A DNA stretch of 64,000 nt from Phyllosticta citribraziliensis (Eukaryota): contig NW_027117349.1 of the NCBI RefSeq assembly GCF_038025025.1, positions 806,001 to 870,000 on the forward strand, written 5' to 3'. The notes under the pieces were generated by a model that was not told the origin of the DNA, did not search any database, and saw nothing but the letters and a program-made list of their open reading frames with translations. This document shows, piece after piece, positions 12,682-23,458 of the stretch. The position numbers and the translations under genes are program-made. Position 1 is the first letter of the stretch; the number at the start of each line of letters is the position of its first letter.

Positions 12682-13011
12682 TATATCGAGCTGGAGATGG
12701 AGTGTGGGGACGGGCGATTGGTGGGTCCAGGTCGGCGTCGGGTCGCAACGTCATGGCTGGAGCTTGGGGAGCGCCTGACCCCAGAGCTCGACCCCTGCTC
12801 TCTGGAAACGTTCTGTAAGGTCGACGACCCAACCCCCGACGAACCGCCTTGGGGAAACTCTCTCTCTGTCTGTTCACCCGACTCCTCTCCATCTCCTCCT
12901 TCCATCGCTCGCGTCGTGTCTTGGAATTGAATCCATCCTTCGTCTGTTTTGTTGCTTGTACTGTACCGCACTGTACAGCTTCTAGTGCCCGTGCTCCCCC
13001 GCCCTGCAGAT

Positions 13012-15731
13012 ATGCGGCCGTCCGGAGCTGTGCTGCTTGCAGCTGCAGCGCTGCTCACAGGCATTGTAGACTCGTCGAACCTCTCTCCCCCCGTCTTGCC
13101 GCTCACCGTCCGCACCCCCTACTTCAGCACCTGGTTAAACAATGCTCGCGAAGAGCCCTGGTCCAAATGGCCCATGTTCTGGACCGGCGATTCGGTACGA
13201 CGGCCTAGCTTCCCTTTCTGACGCCATCACGGCACTTTTGCTCACACTTGCCCAACAGATTGGCTTTGCCGTGCTGGCATCGGTCCCAGAAACCCACACC
13301 GTCTACCCGCTGCTCGGCCGTCCCCACGATTCCCTAGACCCATCCGGTCGCGGAGAGGGGTATGTCATGCCCCGCCTGTGCTCTGTCTGCCCTCTCCAAT
13401 TGACACCCTGGGACCTGCAGATACAACGTTTCGCGCGCCGTTTACAAGGGCGCCAAGTATGACGCCTCGACGACCAACTTGACCTACCACATCCCCTCGC
13501 CCCGCAACGATGCCCGCCCCGTCGAGCTGACGCTGTCCTTTCTCTCGCCCATCACGCCCACCTCGACTCGCCGCCAGGCCATTCCTGCCTCCTACATCAG
13601 CGTACATGTCACGGGCAGCTTCGACATTGACGTTTATATCGACGTCAATGGGCAATGGGTCAGTGGGCACCGCGGTGCTAGGATTGTCTGGGGCCTCGAC
13701 CACAGCCAGTTTGACCAGAAGCACGGACTGAAGACGTGGAAGGTCAGGAGGGAAGAGGAACTGCTCTTCACCGAGAGCCGTGGCGGAGGCAATGCGCAGG
13801 CCGAATGGGGCACGCTCCATTTTACTGCTCCGTCGGTACGTGGACCTGCTTGTGAGGGACAACACCAGGGCTGACTTGAGTAGGATGTCCGCCACGAGAG
13901 CGGCACTTCTGCCCTTCTCCGCCAGCGCTTTTCGGCAACGGGAACGCTGCAGAATGAAGTCGACCACAGCTTCCGCAGCATCATGGACGAGGAGCCCGTG
14001 TTTGCCTTTGCCAAGTCGTTCAGGCTTTCTGGGAACCATTCTACCGACAGCGTCGTCTTTACGCTCGCCCACATCCAGGACCCGGTCGTTCAGTTTGCCT
14101 CTGCACGGGGCCTGACGATGATGCGGCCGCTGTGGAAATCGTGGTTCTGGACTGAAGAAGAGCTGCTGACCTACCATTACTTTGACTACCAAAACGCCGT
14201 CACTCTGGCCGCCAACTACTCGGATCAGCTCGCCGTCGATGCGTATCAATCCGGCTCGCAGAGCTATGTCGATATTGTGGCGCTCAGCGCTCGTCAGGTC
14301 ATGGGTGCAACCAGCTTCTCCGGGACGCCCGAGGCACCGCTGCTTTTCCTCAAGGAAATATCGTCCAACGGCAACTCGCAGACCGTCGACGTCATTTTCC
14401 CCGCGTGGCCATTCTTCCTGTACACGAATCCTCGCTGGGGCGCCTGGCTGCTGGAGCCACTGATCGAGCACATGAACAGTGGCCAGTATCCCAACGACTA
14501 CTCGATGCACGACCTCGGCTCCAGCTTCCCCAACATGACGGGCCACGCCGACGGCAACGACGAGTACATGCCCGTCGAGGAGTGCGGCGACATGCTCATC
14601 ATGGGCACGTCGCTGGTCAACTCGATGCTGTACGCTGCGGACGGAAAGACGCAGTCGCGCTGGTCCACCACGGGCGTCGACTTTGACTTTGACGAGCAGA
14701 CCATGAGTCCCATTTCGTTGCAGGACGGCTACGTCGATGGCATCGACGGCATCGACGCCAGCTGGGGCGGCGGTGCGAAGGGCGCCAAAAAGGCGTACAA
14801 GTGGCTCAGCAGGAGCTACCAGCTGTGGAAGCAGTGGACCGGCTATCTCGTCGAATTCAGCCTGCGTCCCCACAACCAGCTGTCCACGGACGACTTTGCC
14901 GGATGGTTGGCTCTCCAGACGAACCTCGCTCTCAAGGGCATTGTGGGCATCAAGGCCATGAGTGAGCTGGCTGCGACGGTTGACGAGCAAGCTGATGTCA
15001 AGTACTACCAGGTACGTTTGTTGTGCTGTGAGGTAGAAGTGAGCAGATACTGACGTGCAGAGCAGAACATTTCGGACGTGTACATCAAGAAGTGGCAGGA
15101 ATACGGCATCTCACGCGACGGCTCGCACGCCAAACTCGCCTACGACTGGTACGGCAGCTGGACGACGCTGTACTCGCTCTACGCCGACGCGCTGCTCTGC
15201 TTCCACCCGACCCTCACATCCAACTCGTCGTCCTTCTCCGAACCCCACCTCCACCACCAACAGCAACAAGCTCCGCTAGCGGGCACAGCCCGCTCTCCCC
15301 CCTCAACCGACTTCATCCCTCACCACATCTACGAGCTGCAGAGCACATGGTACGCGGCCGTGACGCAAAAATACGGGCTCCCGCTCGACTCGCGGCACCT
15401 GTACACCAAATCCGACTGGGAGTTTGAAGCGGCGGCCGTCACGTCGCGGCGCGTGCGCGCCGGCATCCTCGACTCGGTGGCGCGCTGGCTCAACGAGACG
15501 GTCACGGACCGCCCCTTCACCGATCTTTACAACACCGAGGGCGACGGCGGCTTTCCCGGCCCGAATTTCTTTGCTAGACCCGTCGTCGGGGGCCATTTTG
15601 CGTTTTTGGCGCTCGAGAGGGCTTGTGGGGGCCATTTGGGCGAGAGCGGGTATGTCGGGTGGGAGGAGAGTGGTGGTGGTCATGGCGGGGAGGAGGGAGG
15701 TGAGGAGTTGCGCGGTGACGGTGAGCTTTGA
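13012..15731 (+). CDS. gtaA: Secreted glutaminase GtaA-family protein (DUF5127/DUF4965/DUF1793)
   Basis: Signal peptide followed by PPVLPLTVRTPYFSTWL. Motifs FLKEISSNGNSQTVDVIFP, HDLGSSFPN, MPVEECGDM, NQLSTDDFAG, TNLALKGIVGI, YGLPLDSRHLYTKSDW and ARPVVGGHFA. Four introns, with donors near 13195, 13360, 13835 and 15012. Confidence 0.88.
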
Positions 15732-16577
15732 GGGGATGGGATGGCTGGTCTTGGATTGAATGAAAGGGTTTGGATGGCCACAAGGAAGATGCGCAATTGG
15801 TAGAACTCTTTGGTGGTTGGCTGGCTTGGTTCTCTTTTTGTATGTACGTCGCACATCGTCGCTCAGACTTTGTTGTCCGCCCGCTGTCCACCTGTCGATC
15901 AACAGTTGAATCGATGGGATGGGTGTTGGAGAAGCACATGCGCACTGCTGCTGCTTGCCAGCCCGTCTTCCTGCCTGCCTGCTTGCCTGTCTTTGGTACG
16001 TCTAGCCCTTCTCCACCCATCGTTTCTGTCTCCAGTCTTGATGTGCCATTCTTGATGTGCCGGATGGCGCTTCGCGCATGACTCTACTTGCTTCCTGGTC
16101 TTCCTGGTCTCTATCCATGTGCCTTGTCTGTCTGTGGGCATTCCAGCCCGTGCCCTCAGCTGCCCTGTCCGTATATCTATCCACAGCACCAGCAGACGCG
16201 TAGGCAGGCACTTGGGCAGGGAAGCAGACACGACACGACACGACAGAGAATCCGTACAAAAAGTTCCCCCCCATCGATCGACAGAGATCACTCAACAGAT
16301 GACACACAAAAGTCAAAGTCAAGGGGGGAAGGAAAAAAAATTAGGAGAAAAAGAGAGAAGAAATGGACATGTCCGTGCTTTTGTCTACCTGGCTGGCCTA
16401 CGCTACCTACCTGCGCCATCGCAACGCAATCGTGCCTCCTTGCTACCTTGCTGTTTCTTCGTACATATATGTACAGTACATGTGCTCTGCTCGCGCTGTT
16501 GACGTTCTGTTGGGCGGTTTTGAGGGGGGCGTCATCCCGTGGTGATGGTGGAACTAGGTGTGTTGATTGAGGGAATA

Positions 16578-16690
16578 AGGAGGGAGAGAAGAGAGGATAA
16601 GAGAGGATAAGAGAGAGAGAGAGAGAGGGATAAAGAGAGAGAAAGAGGAACGAAGAGAGAGAGAGAGAGAAAAAGAAAGGGGGGAGCAAA
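16578..16690. repeat. GA-rich polypurine/microsatellite tract downstream of VAM7
   Basis: An almost purely A/G run with (GA)n and GAGAGGATAA units. Confidence 0.8.
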
Positions 16691-16796
16691 AGAACAGTGG
16701 TATCTTACAAACAATCCATCACCTTCCCTGCACCCATCCACCCATCCATCCCATCCCGCCCAAGCATAGTCCAACCACAGGCACCCAACACACCGC

Positions 16797-17993
16797 CTAC
16801 GAAATCTTCTTGATCCGATTCTTCGCCACGTCAATCTTGCCGCCGACCCTCTCGACATCGTCGTCCAGCATGCGCAGCATCTCGGTCTGCAGCTGCAGCT
16901 CGTCGTTGATCTGCACGCCCATCTCGCGCATGCGCCGCAGCGCCTTGGTCAAGTCGACCACGTCCTCGTCCTGCTCGCTCATGATCTGCTTCTGCAGCTG
17001 CAGCACGCCCGAGTTGTCGAGCTCGCGGGTACGTGCCGTTTCCTGGGGGGCGCCGAGCGTGCGGCGTGAGGTCGTCGTCGTCGTCGAGGAGCCGTTGCCG
17101 TTGTGAAAGAGGTGCGCCTTGTCTGCGGGATTGGCGGCGGCGCCGGCCGTCGATGATGTCGACGATGACGGCGCGTTGGCGGTCGATATGTTCTTCACGA
17201 CCATGGCCGACAGCACGCCCTCGAGGCCCTCCTTCTCCTTGCGCGCCGACGCAATCAGGTCGCGGCGGCGCCGCAGCTCGCCCTCGCCCAGCCTGTCTCC
17301 GTACGGAAACATGTCGTCGCTGAAGCCGCGCTGATGCTGGTTTCCACCTCCCTTCTTCCTGCCATTGCCGTTGTTGCTCTCTGCTCCACCCCCGAGAACC
17401 CGCAGCCCCTCGTCCAGCGCCGCAATCAGCGTCCCCGCCAGCACGAGGCCCTTCTTCGCCGCGGCGCCCGCCTCGTGCTGCGCCTGCGCGCTCTGCGCCT
17501 GCTCGCGGCGGGTCAGCGCCACCCGCGCTGCGTGCAGCTGCCCCTTGAGCTCCTGGAAGACGCTCAACCACGTCGCGGCATCGCGCACGCTGACGCCGCC
17601 GCCTATCCCAGGCCCCGCTGCAGATGAGGCTCCCTCGCTCTTCCGCTGTCCGCTGGTCCCCAGGTCCAGAAAGGTCCGCCACGCGCTGCTGTGCCGCCAC
17701 CGCGCGTCCGGGTCGTTTTCAATCGCGCGCAGGTACGCCTCCAGCGCGACGCGCCGCTGCTCCGTGAGCTGCGGGTTGTTGACGGTGCGCGCGAACCACG
17801 ACTTGGCCGGCAAGGGCGCGGGCGGCGGCGCGCCCGTCTGCGCCGTCAGCGTGTCGTGCAGCTTGACAAAGTCGGTGTAGCGTTTGGGCAGCTTCAGCGT
17901 GCGCAGCGGCTGGCGGATGCTGATGTTGTAGATGGTGAAGGGCTTGGCCGTGCTCGAGACGGTCGTGGTCGGGATGCTGATGTCGAGAGGCAT
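16797..17993 (-). CDS. VAM7: Vacuolar Qc-SNARE Vam7 (PX domain plus C-terminal t-SNARE coil, no transmembrane segment)
   Basis: ATG at 17993. PX motifs KRYTDFVKLHDTL and LPAKSWF...EQRRVALEAYL. Vam7 motif ETARTRELDNSGVLQLQKQIMSEQDE. SNARE motif GVQINDELQLQTEML. Confidence 0.9.
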   Translation of the reverse strand: MPLDISIPTTTVSSTAKPFTIYNISIRQPLRTLKLPKRYTDFVKLHDTLTAQTGAPPPAPLPAKSWFARTVNNPQLTEQRRVALEAYLRAIENDPDARWRHSSAWRTFLDLGTSGQRKSEGASSAAGPGIGGGVSVRDAATWLSVFQELKGQLHAARVALTRREQAQSAQAQHEAGAAAKKGLVLAGTLIAALDEGLRVLGGGAESNNGNGRKKGGGNQHQRGFSDDMFPYGDRLGEGELRRRRDLIASARKEKEGLEGVLSAMVVKNISTANAPSSSTSSTAGAAANPADKAHLFHNGNGSSTTTTTSRRTLGAPQETARTRELDNSGVLQLQKQIMSEQDEDVVDLTKALRRMREMGVQINDELQLQTEMLRMLDDDVERVGGKIDVAKNRIKKIS

Positions 17994-18545
17994 GGTCTGG
18001 TCGTTTGGAGCGAGGTTGTGTGCGTGCGGTGATGAGGCGAGGTCGTCGAGAGTGGGAGGGGAGGTGGAGAGGTCGACCGGGAAGATGGCTGGAGGAGGGC
18101 GGGTGGCTTGGACGAAGTGGAGGGGTCCTGCCAAAAGTGTCACGGCAGCATCGAAGACGGCGTCGGTGGTGTAAAGCAAGGAATTGATTTCAGCTTCAAA
18201 GGTGGTGGTGTCGTGTGTTGTTGTTTAGTGGAGCAGCTGTCCAAGCCCGCGGTCCACGTGCGTCATACGCCAGGCGATCCATCCGAGGACTCAGACGCGG
18301 AGCCATCGCCTAGGTACATAGGTTGTCCAGACCGCACTGTGAAATAGCATCCCTTGATGCTTTTCACCGCCTAGCAAAATGACTACACGAATGCCCAACC
18401 TCTCAATCGCCCACGCAAAGAAACTCTCTATCTCTTCTTGTCCCCATCCACCGCCAGTCGGCAGGGTATTTATTAAACGGCCGACTTGACCCCATGCAAT
18501 GCATCCCAAAGCTCCACCTCACGTCTAGCTCCGTGAGACGCCACA

Positions 18546-19636
18546 CTAAAAGGTCTCCTCCTCGACCTCCTCGGCCTCGGCCTCGGCCGGGATTTCAAAG
18601 CCCTCCTGGGATTTTCGTCAGTAGGCCGGATCTGAGAGTGGCGCTGGGTCGCATACCTCTGTCGAGTAGAGAATGGTCTGGATCTGCTTGAGAATGCCCT
18701 CCTCCTTCTCCAGCTCGGGATCCGTCTCCATGGCGTTCTGGATGAGAAGTTCTATGTCTCTGAGCTTGGAAAAGTAAAAGTCGCGCTCCCGCTCCAAGCC
18801 AGCCACCGTCTCCTTGAGCGCGCTGTTTTCCTGGGTGAGAGCAGTGGTCTGGGCACTGGACTGCGGAGTGCGGGCTCTTGTCGCACCGGTGTTGCTAACG
18901 GCCGCTGGTCGGCGTGCGGTGGAGGAGGCGGTGCGGGGAGCAGCGGCTGGAGCACCGCCAGCTGGAGCACCGGAAGCCTTGCGGCGGGCGACGGCGTCGT
19001 AGTCACCACCGGGGAAGTTTTGGTCCCAGTACCTCTTGCTGAATTGAAGGAAGTCGAGGTTGTCCTGCATCTTGCACTTGACGAGCGACTCGACATGTAT
19101 CGGCCTGTCAACGCCATGCTTCTGGAAGGTGTCTACAAAGGGCCCACCGTCAGCATCAAGGCGAGAGACACACACGCGAGAGTGCCTTACTCTGAAGAAC
19201 CTTGAAGTTCTGTAGATATTGGTATTCGGTGTTGACGTTGAACTTGACGCGGGACATGGGGACATCGACTGTCGATGGGGGTCAGCCGATATGCAGGACA
19301 CGGATCGCAGGTAAGGGGCACGCACGGAAGATGCTGTCGAAGATCTGGCAATAGGGAGCTCTGCAGTTGTGAGTTAGCAAGATGGTCATTTCTCGTGTGA
19401 CTGCCAACGCGGGGCACGGAGCAGGGGCTTGGGAAAGGGTTGGGAGGGGAAAGACTTGCCCGCTGCCGCACTGCTCAACCTTCGTAAGGTTCAGCTGGAG
19501 GAGGTTGTTGACCCAAGCCAGCAACTCTTGCCTGCGAGTACCGTTAGCTGGGGCGTTGGACAGAGGGCGGCGAAGGAGCACGGCTAGTGCGACAAAGTGT
19601 AGCCAGGCCGAGTCAACCCTACCTTGATTCTCCCAT
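18546..19636 (-). CDS. BIM1: Microtubule plus-end tracking protein EB1 (Bim1/Mal3)
   Basis: Spliced [40 protein letters not shown] (CH domain), KMQDNLDFLQ, EBH motif LERERDFYFSKLRDIE, and acidic tail ending EEETF. Five introns; the second is GC-AG. Confidence 0.93.
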
Positions 19637-20134
19637 GATGGCGTGCGTGTGTGAGGATATCGGATGTGGTACCAAGGATGCGGAGTGCGCAGGTCGAGGG
19701 CGCAGGAAGAGACGAGAAGGGGACGGTGGTGGAGGCACTGGATGGCGGGGAGGTGCGACGGGGGGTTGCGAGGGGATGTTTTGATGTTAATTGTTTGCGA
19801 TCAATTCAGCGTCGCGACAGGACTGGACCTGGCCCTCAGGCCGCCAACCGGCAAAACCGCGGCTGCTCGGGGCCTCCCGGCTGCTCCATGTCACTCCACT
19901 CTTGCCATTTGATGCCTGTCACCCATCACAACAGCTTGCAGATTTTTTTGCCATGGACCCAAACGCTGTACCATTACTGAGACGCTAGCTACGCGCAACG
20001 AGAGATATTCCCTTTTCAAACCCAGCAAAACCAGCCCATATCCAAACTATAACACATCCGCCTGAGCGATTTTCCGTGTAAAGGGTATCTATCAACTCCA
20101 ATCCTCAATCGAATCCCACTCCCGAACTATCCCC

Positions 20135-21749
20135 TCAACCCGACGGCTTGGGGTTGTACGCGCCGTAATAGTCACCGTTGCCTTCGCGGTGTCCGTTTCC
20201 ATTTCCATTCTCCTTGTGGTGGGGATCGTCCTCCGCGTAGTTGGGTGGCAGGCCACTCGTCGGCTTCCTCATCCTCTTGACCTCACCAAACACGGCCGCA
20301 ATCATGTACACCACCCAGATGACGCCCGCTATCACGCCATACGTGACGGTGTACCTCTTTTGAGTGTTGCCGGCGAGCTTGAGACCGAGGCCACCATTGA
20401 TCACTCCCAAGGTGATGAGAATACGACCAAGCCAGATGTGGAGCTGTGACCAAAAAGTGCGACCTCCGTATTTCTTGAAGAGCACGTGGTGCAACCACCC
20501 AAATATGGGCTGGAAGAAGAGGAACACAAACAGAACCACACCGATGATGGGGTGGTACTCTTTCATCTACAAGTCGTCAGCAAGACCTTCCGCATGATGC
20601 CTTTTCCACTTACATAATCCTCCTGCGTTGCTAGGTATACACCCAGTCCGAAACCTGCAACGTACAAACCGTACGAGAAGATTTGCATCGCAGCATGGAA
20701 CCAGACCAACCCAGGGAAACTAAACACCCGAATGCTGATGGCACCAGCTGGGAAAAAGACGGCCCAAGCCAGGCAGGCAACCACGCCGTGAGCGGTTTGA
20801 ATCCTCCTCATGCGACGAATCTCCGCCTGGAAACCCTGTCCAAGCTGATTGGCACCATTTGCGTTTGCGCAGTCGTCCTCTGCCCGGTTGAAGCCGCCAA
20901 ATCCACCGAATCCACTGCCTGAAAATGGTGAGCCGGAGGGAAAACTAGAGGGGAATCCTGCAGGGGACGAACCAGAACCAGGACCACCCGAACCCGAACC
21001 AGACCCGGAGTTACTTGAGCCAGAGCCGTTTGACGAACCAGAGTTAGTGGGGCAAGAGTTGGAAGTCGTCGCACCAGCCGCAGTGAATGGGTTTGCGGTG
21101 CTACCTCCCTTGGCCTGAGAAAAGTCCCAAGTAAAGCTACCGTAATTGTCGGCGTGCTTGGAAATGTCGGCATTCGGGTCATCAGTGTTCAAAGAGCTTC
21201 CTGCGAGAGCGGCATGGATCCACTGCGCCGAACTGGATGTGAAATCCATGCTACCACCATTCCATGTCCCCGCGTTGGAGACTTGCTGCCGTTAGCCTGG
21301 AACTGGAAAAAAAGCAACCGACGCACCTTTGAAGTAGGCAGTCATGGTGTTGCCGCTGACACCAGTATTCTCAAGGATGGTAATTTCGGTGCTGCTGTCG
21401 TACTTGGGTTCCGAATGGCCAGACGACAACCTCGGAGACACGGTCACATTCTGGCCGTTGGCAGATGTGTACATAATGAAGATGCGGGAACCAGTCATGG
21501 AGCTTCCCTGGCCCAAGGCGATGTAGGAGTACGATGTTGGGCCGCTCATGGACAGGAAAATGTCTCCATTGCCAGAGTTGACTGTGGCTTCGGGGATGTT
21601 GAGGCCAAAGCAGGTATCACCTGCACAGTTATTTGAGATTTGGGCATACGCTGTGGAGGCTGCTCTCAAGTCAGTCTGAGCACCACAAGAACAAAGGTTG
21701 CGTTCATACCGAGCCCGGCAAGGGCAACAGCAGCAATGTTGGACCTCAT
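20135..21749 (-). CDS. DOMON (CDH-cytochrome-like) plus cytochrome b561 membrane protein
   Basis: Signal peptide MRSNIAAVALAGL. DOMON motifs ALGQGSSMTGSRIFIMY and VTVSPRLSSGHSEP. b561 histidine motifs AHGVVACLAW, WFHAAMQ, HPIIGVV, GWLHH and LHIWLGR. Three introns. Confidence 0.85.
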
Positions 21750-23181
21750 TGCGAAGACGCTCAGAGCGCAAACTACAAGCAAGAATCGGCCAGGCGGTGG
21801 GGATGGGAGAGTGAATGATTAAGTACCGGTAGTGGTCGAGGGAGTTGGAAGGTTTGTTAGTCCCCTTGGCTAGTGGATTACAGGGTGCAAAGGGGGCGTG
21901 AGAAGTGGTCTGGCGGGGCGGCCAGGCGTACTTATTCCTCCGAGAACAAAGCCAGGTGTGGGAAAGGGCATCGACGACGGCAGAGGCGGTGCGTCAACAG
22001 GCGAGCTTAGCTCCATGACAGGGAAGCTTTTGTTGACCAAAAACGACTTTCCCTGTGGTCCCAAGGGCTGCGGGGACCCGATGACGGGGGACGTCTGAGA
22101 AGTCAAACGCTTGTTTGCAATGCCAGATGAATCTGCCACGCGTCCCGAGTAGCTCGGCGTCGGAGACGCACCATCAGCTTACACTACGCTGCTACAGTCG
22201 GGTCTCCAAGGATTGAGGCGTGGTGTGCAGAGCCAGCGGACAGCAGCCAGCAAGGGATCGCGGCGTGCGACGTGCGCGGCCACTATCACGACGTGCCGTT
22301 TTGGTCATTGACGCGATCCTGCATGAGTAACTGCTCGACAGCGACTGGGCCGGTGGAATGCCCATCCATCTGCACAGCGGCGTCAAGGCTGTGTTTGTGT
22401 TTGCTGGTTGGCCAAGCGCCCGCCGGCTTGGCCTCTTGACTCGACGTCCGTCGTCGACCGTTGCGACCACCTCACGACCATCCATGTCTTGGGTTCCCGC
22501 TCCGCCCGCGGTCATCATGCCTGTGCTGATAGGACCGCAGGCGCATCCCAAGAATTCTCCTTCGTATTCCCAATGGACGCTCCCAATCTCCAAGTCTGTT
22601 CTTCGGACCGCAGAAATCTCCTGCCCTGCCCTGCGCTGTCCCGCTGGCGTCCGCCAAGCCTCGCCCAACATGGCAGTAAGCTGAGCGGCCATGACGTCCG
22701 GACGCAGCGCCAAGTCGACTGAAACTCCTCTCCCATCCGACGACACGCAATGGGGCTTAGCCAGAGGGACATCGCTGTTGCTATCCGTCCAACTACGCTG
22801 CAGCATGTCGAAGCCGCATCTCCACCTCAGGCCAACACCTACCTCCCTCTGTATAGCTGCCCTGGCTCGGCCGAGCCCCAGCAATCTGCACCCTTTGAGG
22901 GTGCGCGCGCCCTGATCCGCGCTGAATGAGTCCCCAGCAACTGATTCAGCTCCTGTTGGCAATGACTCTGGTCGTTCGTTGTTCGGGGAAGCTCGAGCTC
23001 CCCGAATCCCCAGATTATAACTTTAAATTTCGCGTGCTCAGAGCCGGGGCAACCGACGCGCTCGCCTCTCAGAATCCATAGACTGCCCCCACGCCTTGGA
23101 CTGTGGCGCCAAGCTGACCGCCGGCTGTGCAGCGACCCATTGCGACCATGTTCAAGCCTGAATCTGTCCGCGGAAACAAAC

Positions 23182-23448
23182 TGACAAAGTAAGATGAGAG
23201 AACTGAAGACTCCATTTAAGGCTACTCTAAGAGCTATCTATATACTGCTGAAACCACCAGGGGGAGCAGTAGCTGGTGCTAACTGCTGATGAGTCCTGAA
23301 CTCATTAAGACGCGTAAAGCTAACAGACAAGCATATCTTAACTAAAGTAGCAAGTCATCATCTAGATAAGCTACAGTTATCTAGGCGAACTGTAGCTGAG
23401 ACGACGCAATAGGAGACTACTTAGTATTATTATATAGGACTACTAATA
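23182..23448 (-). repeat. 3' LTR of the copia element (267 bp)
   Basis: Begins TGACAAAGTAAGATGAGAG on the + strand. Aligns without gaps to 28104-28370, and the differences I saw are transitions. Confidence 0.95.
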
Positions 23449-23458
23449 CACCCCCTAG
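23449..23458 (-). other. Polypurine tract of the copia element
   Basis: The minus-strand sequence AGGGGGTG abuts the 3' LTR. Confidence 0.65.

Noticed and set aside
13365..14990. 541-aa antisense ORF over gtaA, and similar shadow ORFs over the PKS, TF and SEA4 genes
   Set aside because: These are antisense shadows caused by high GC at third codon positions of the real genes.
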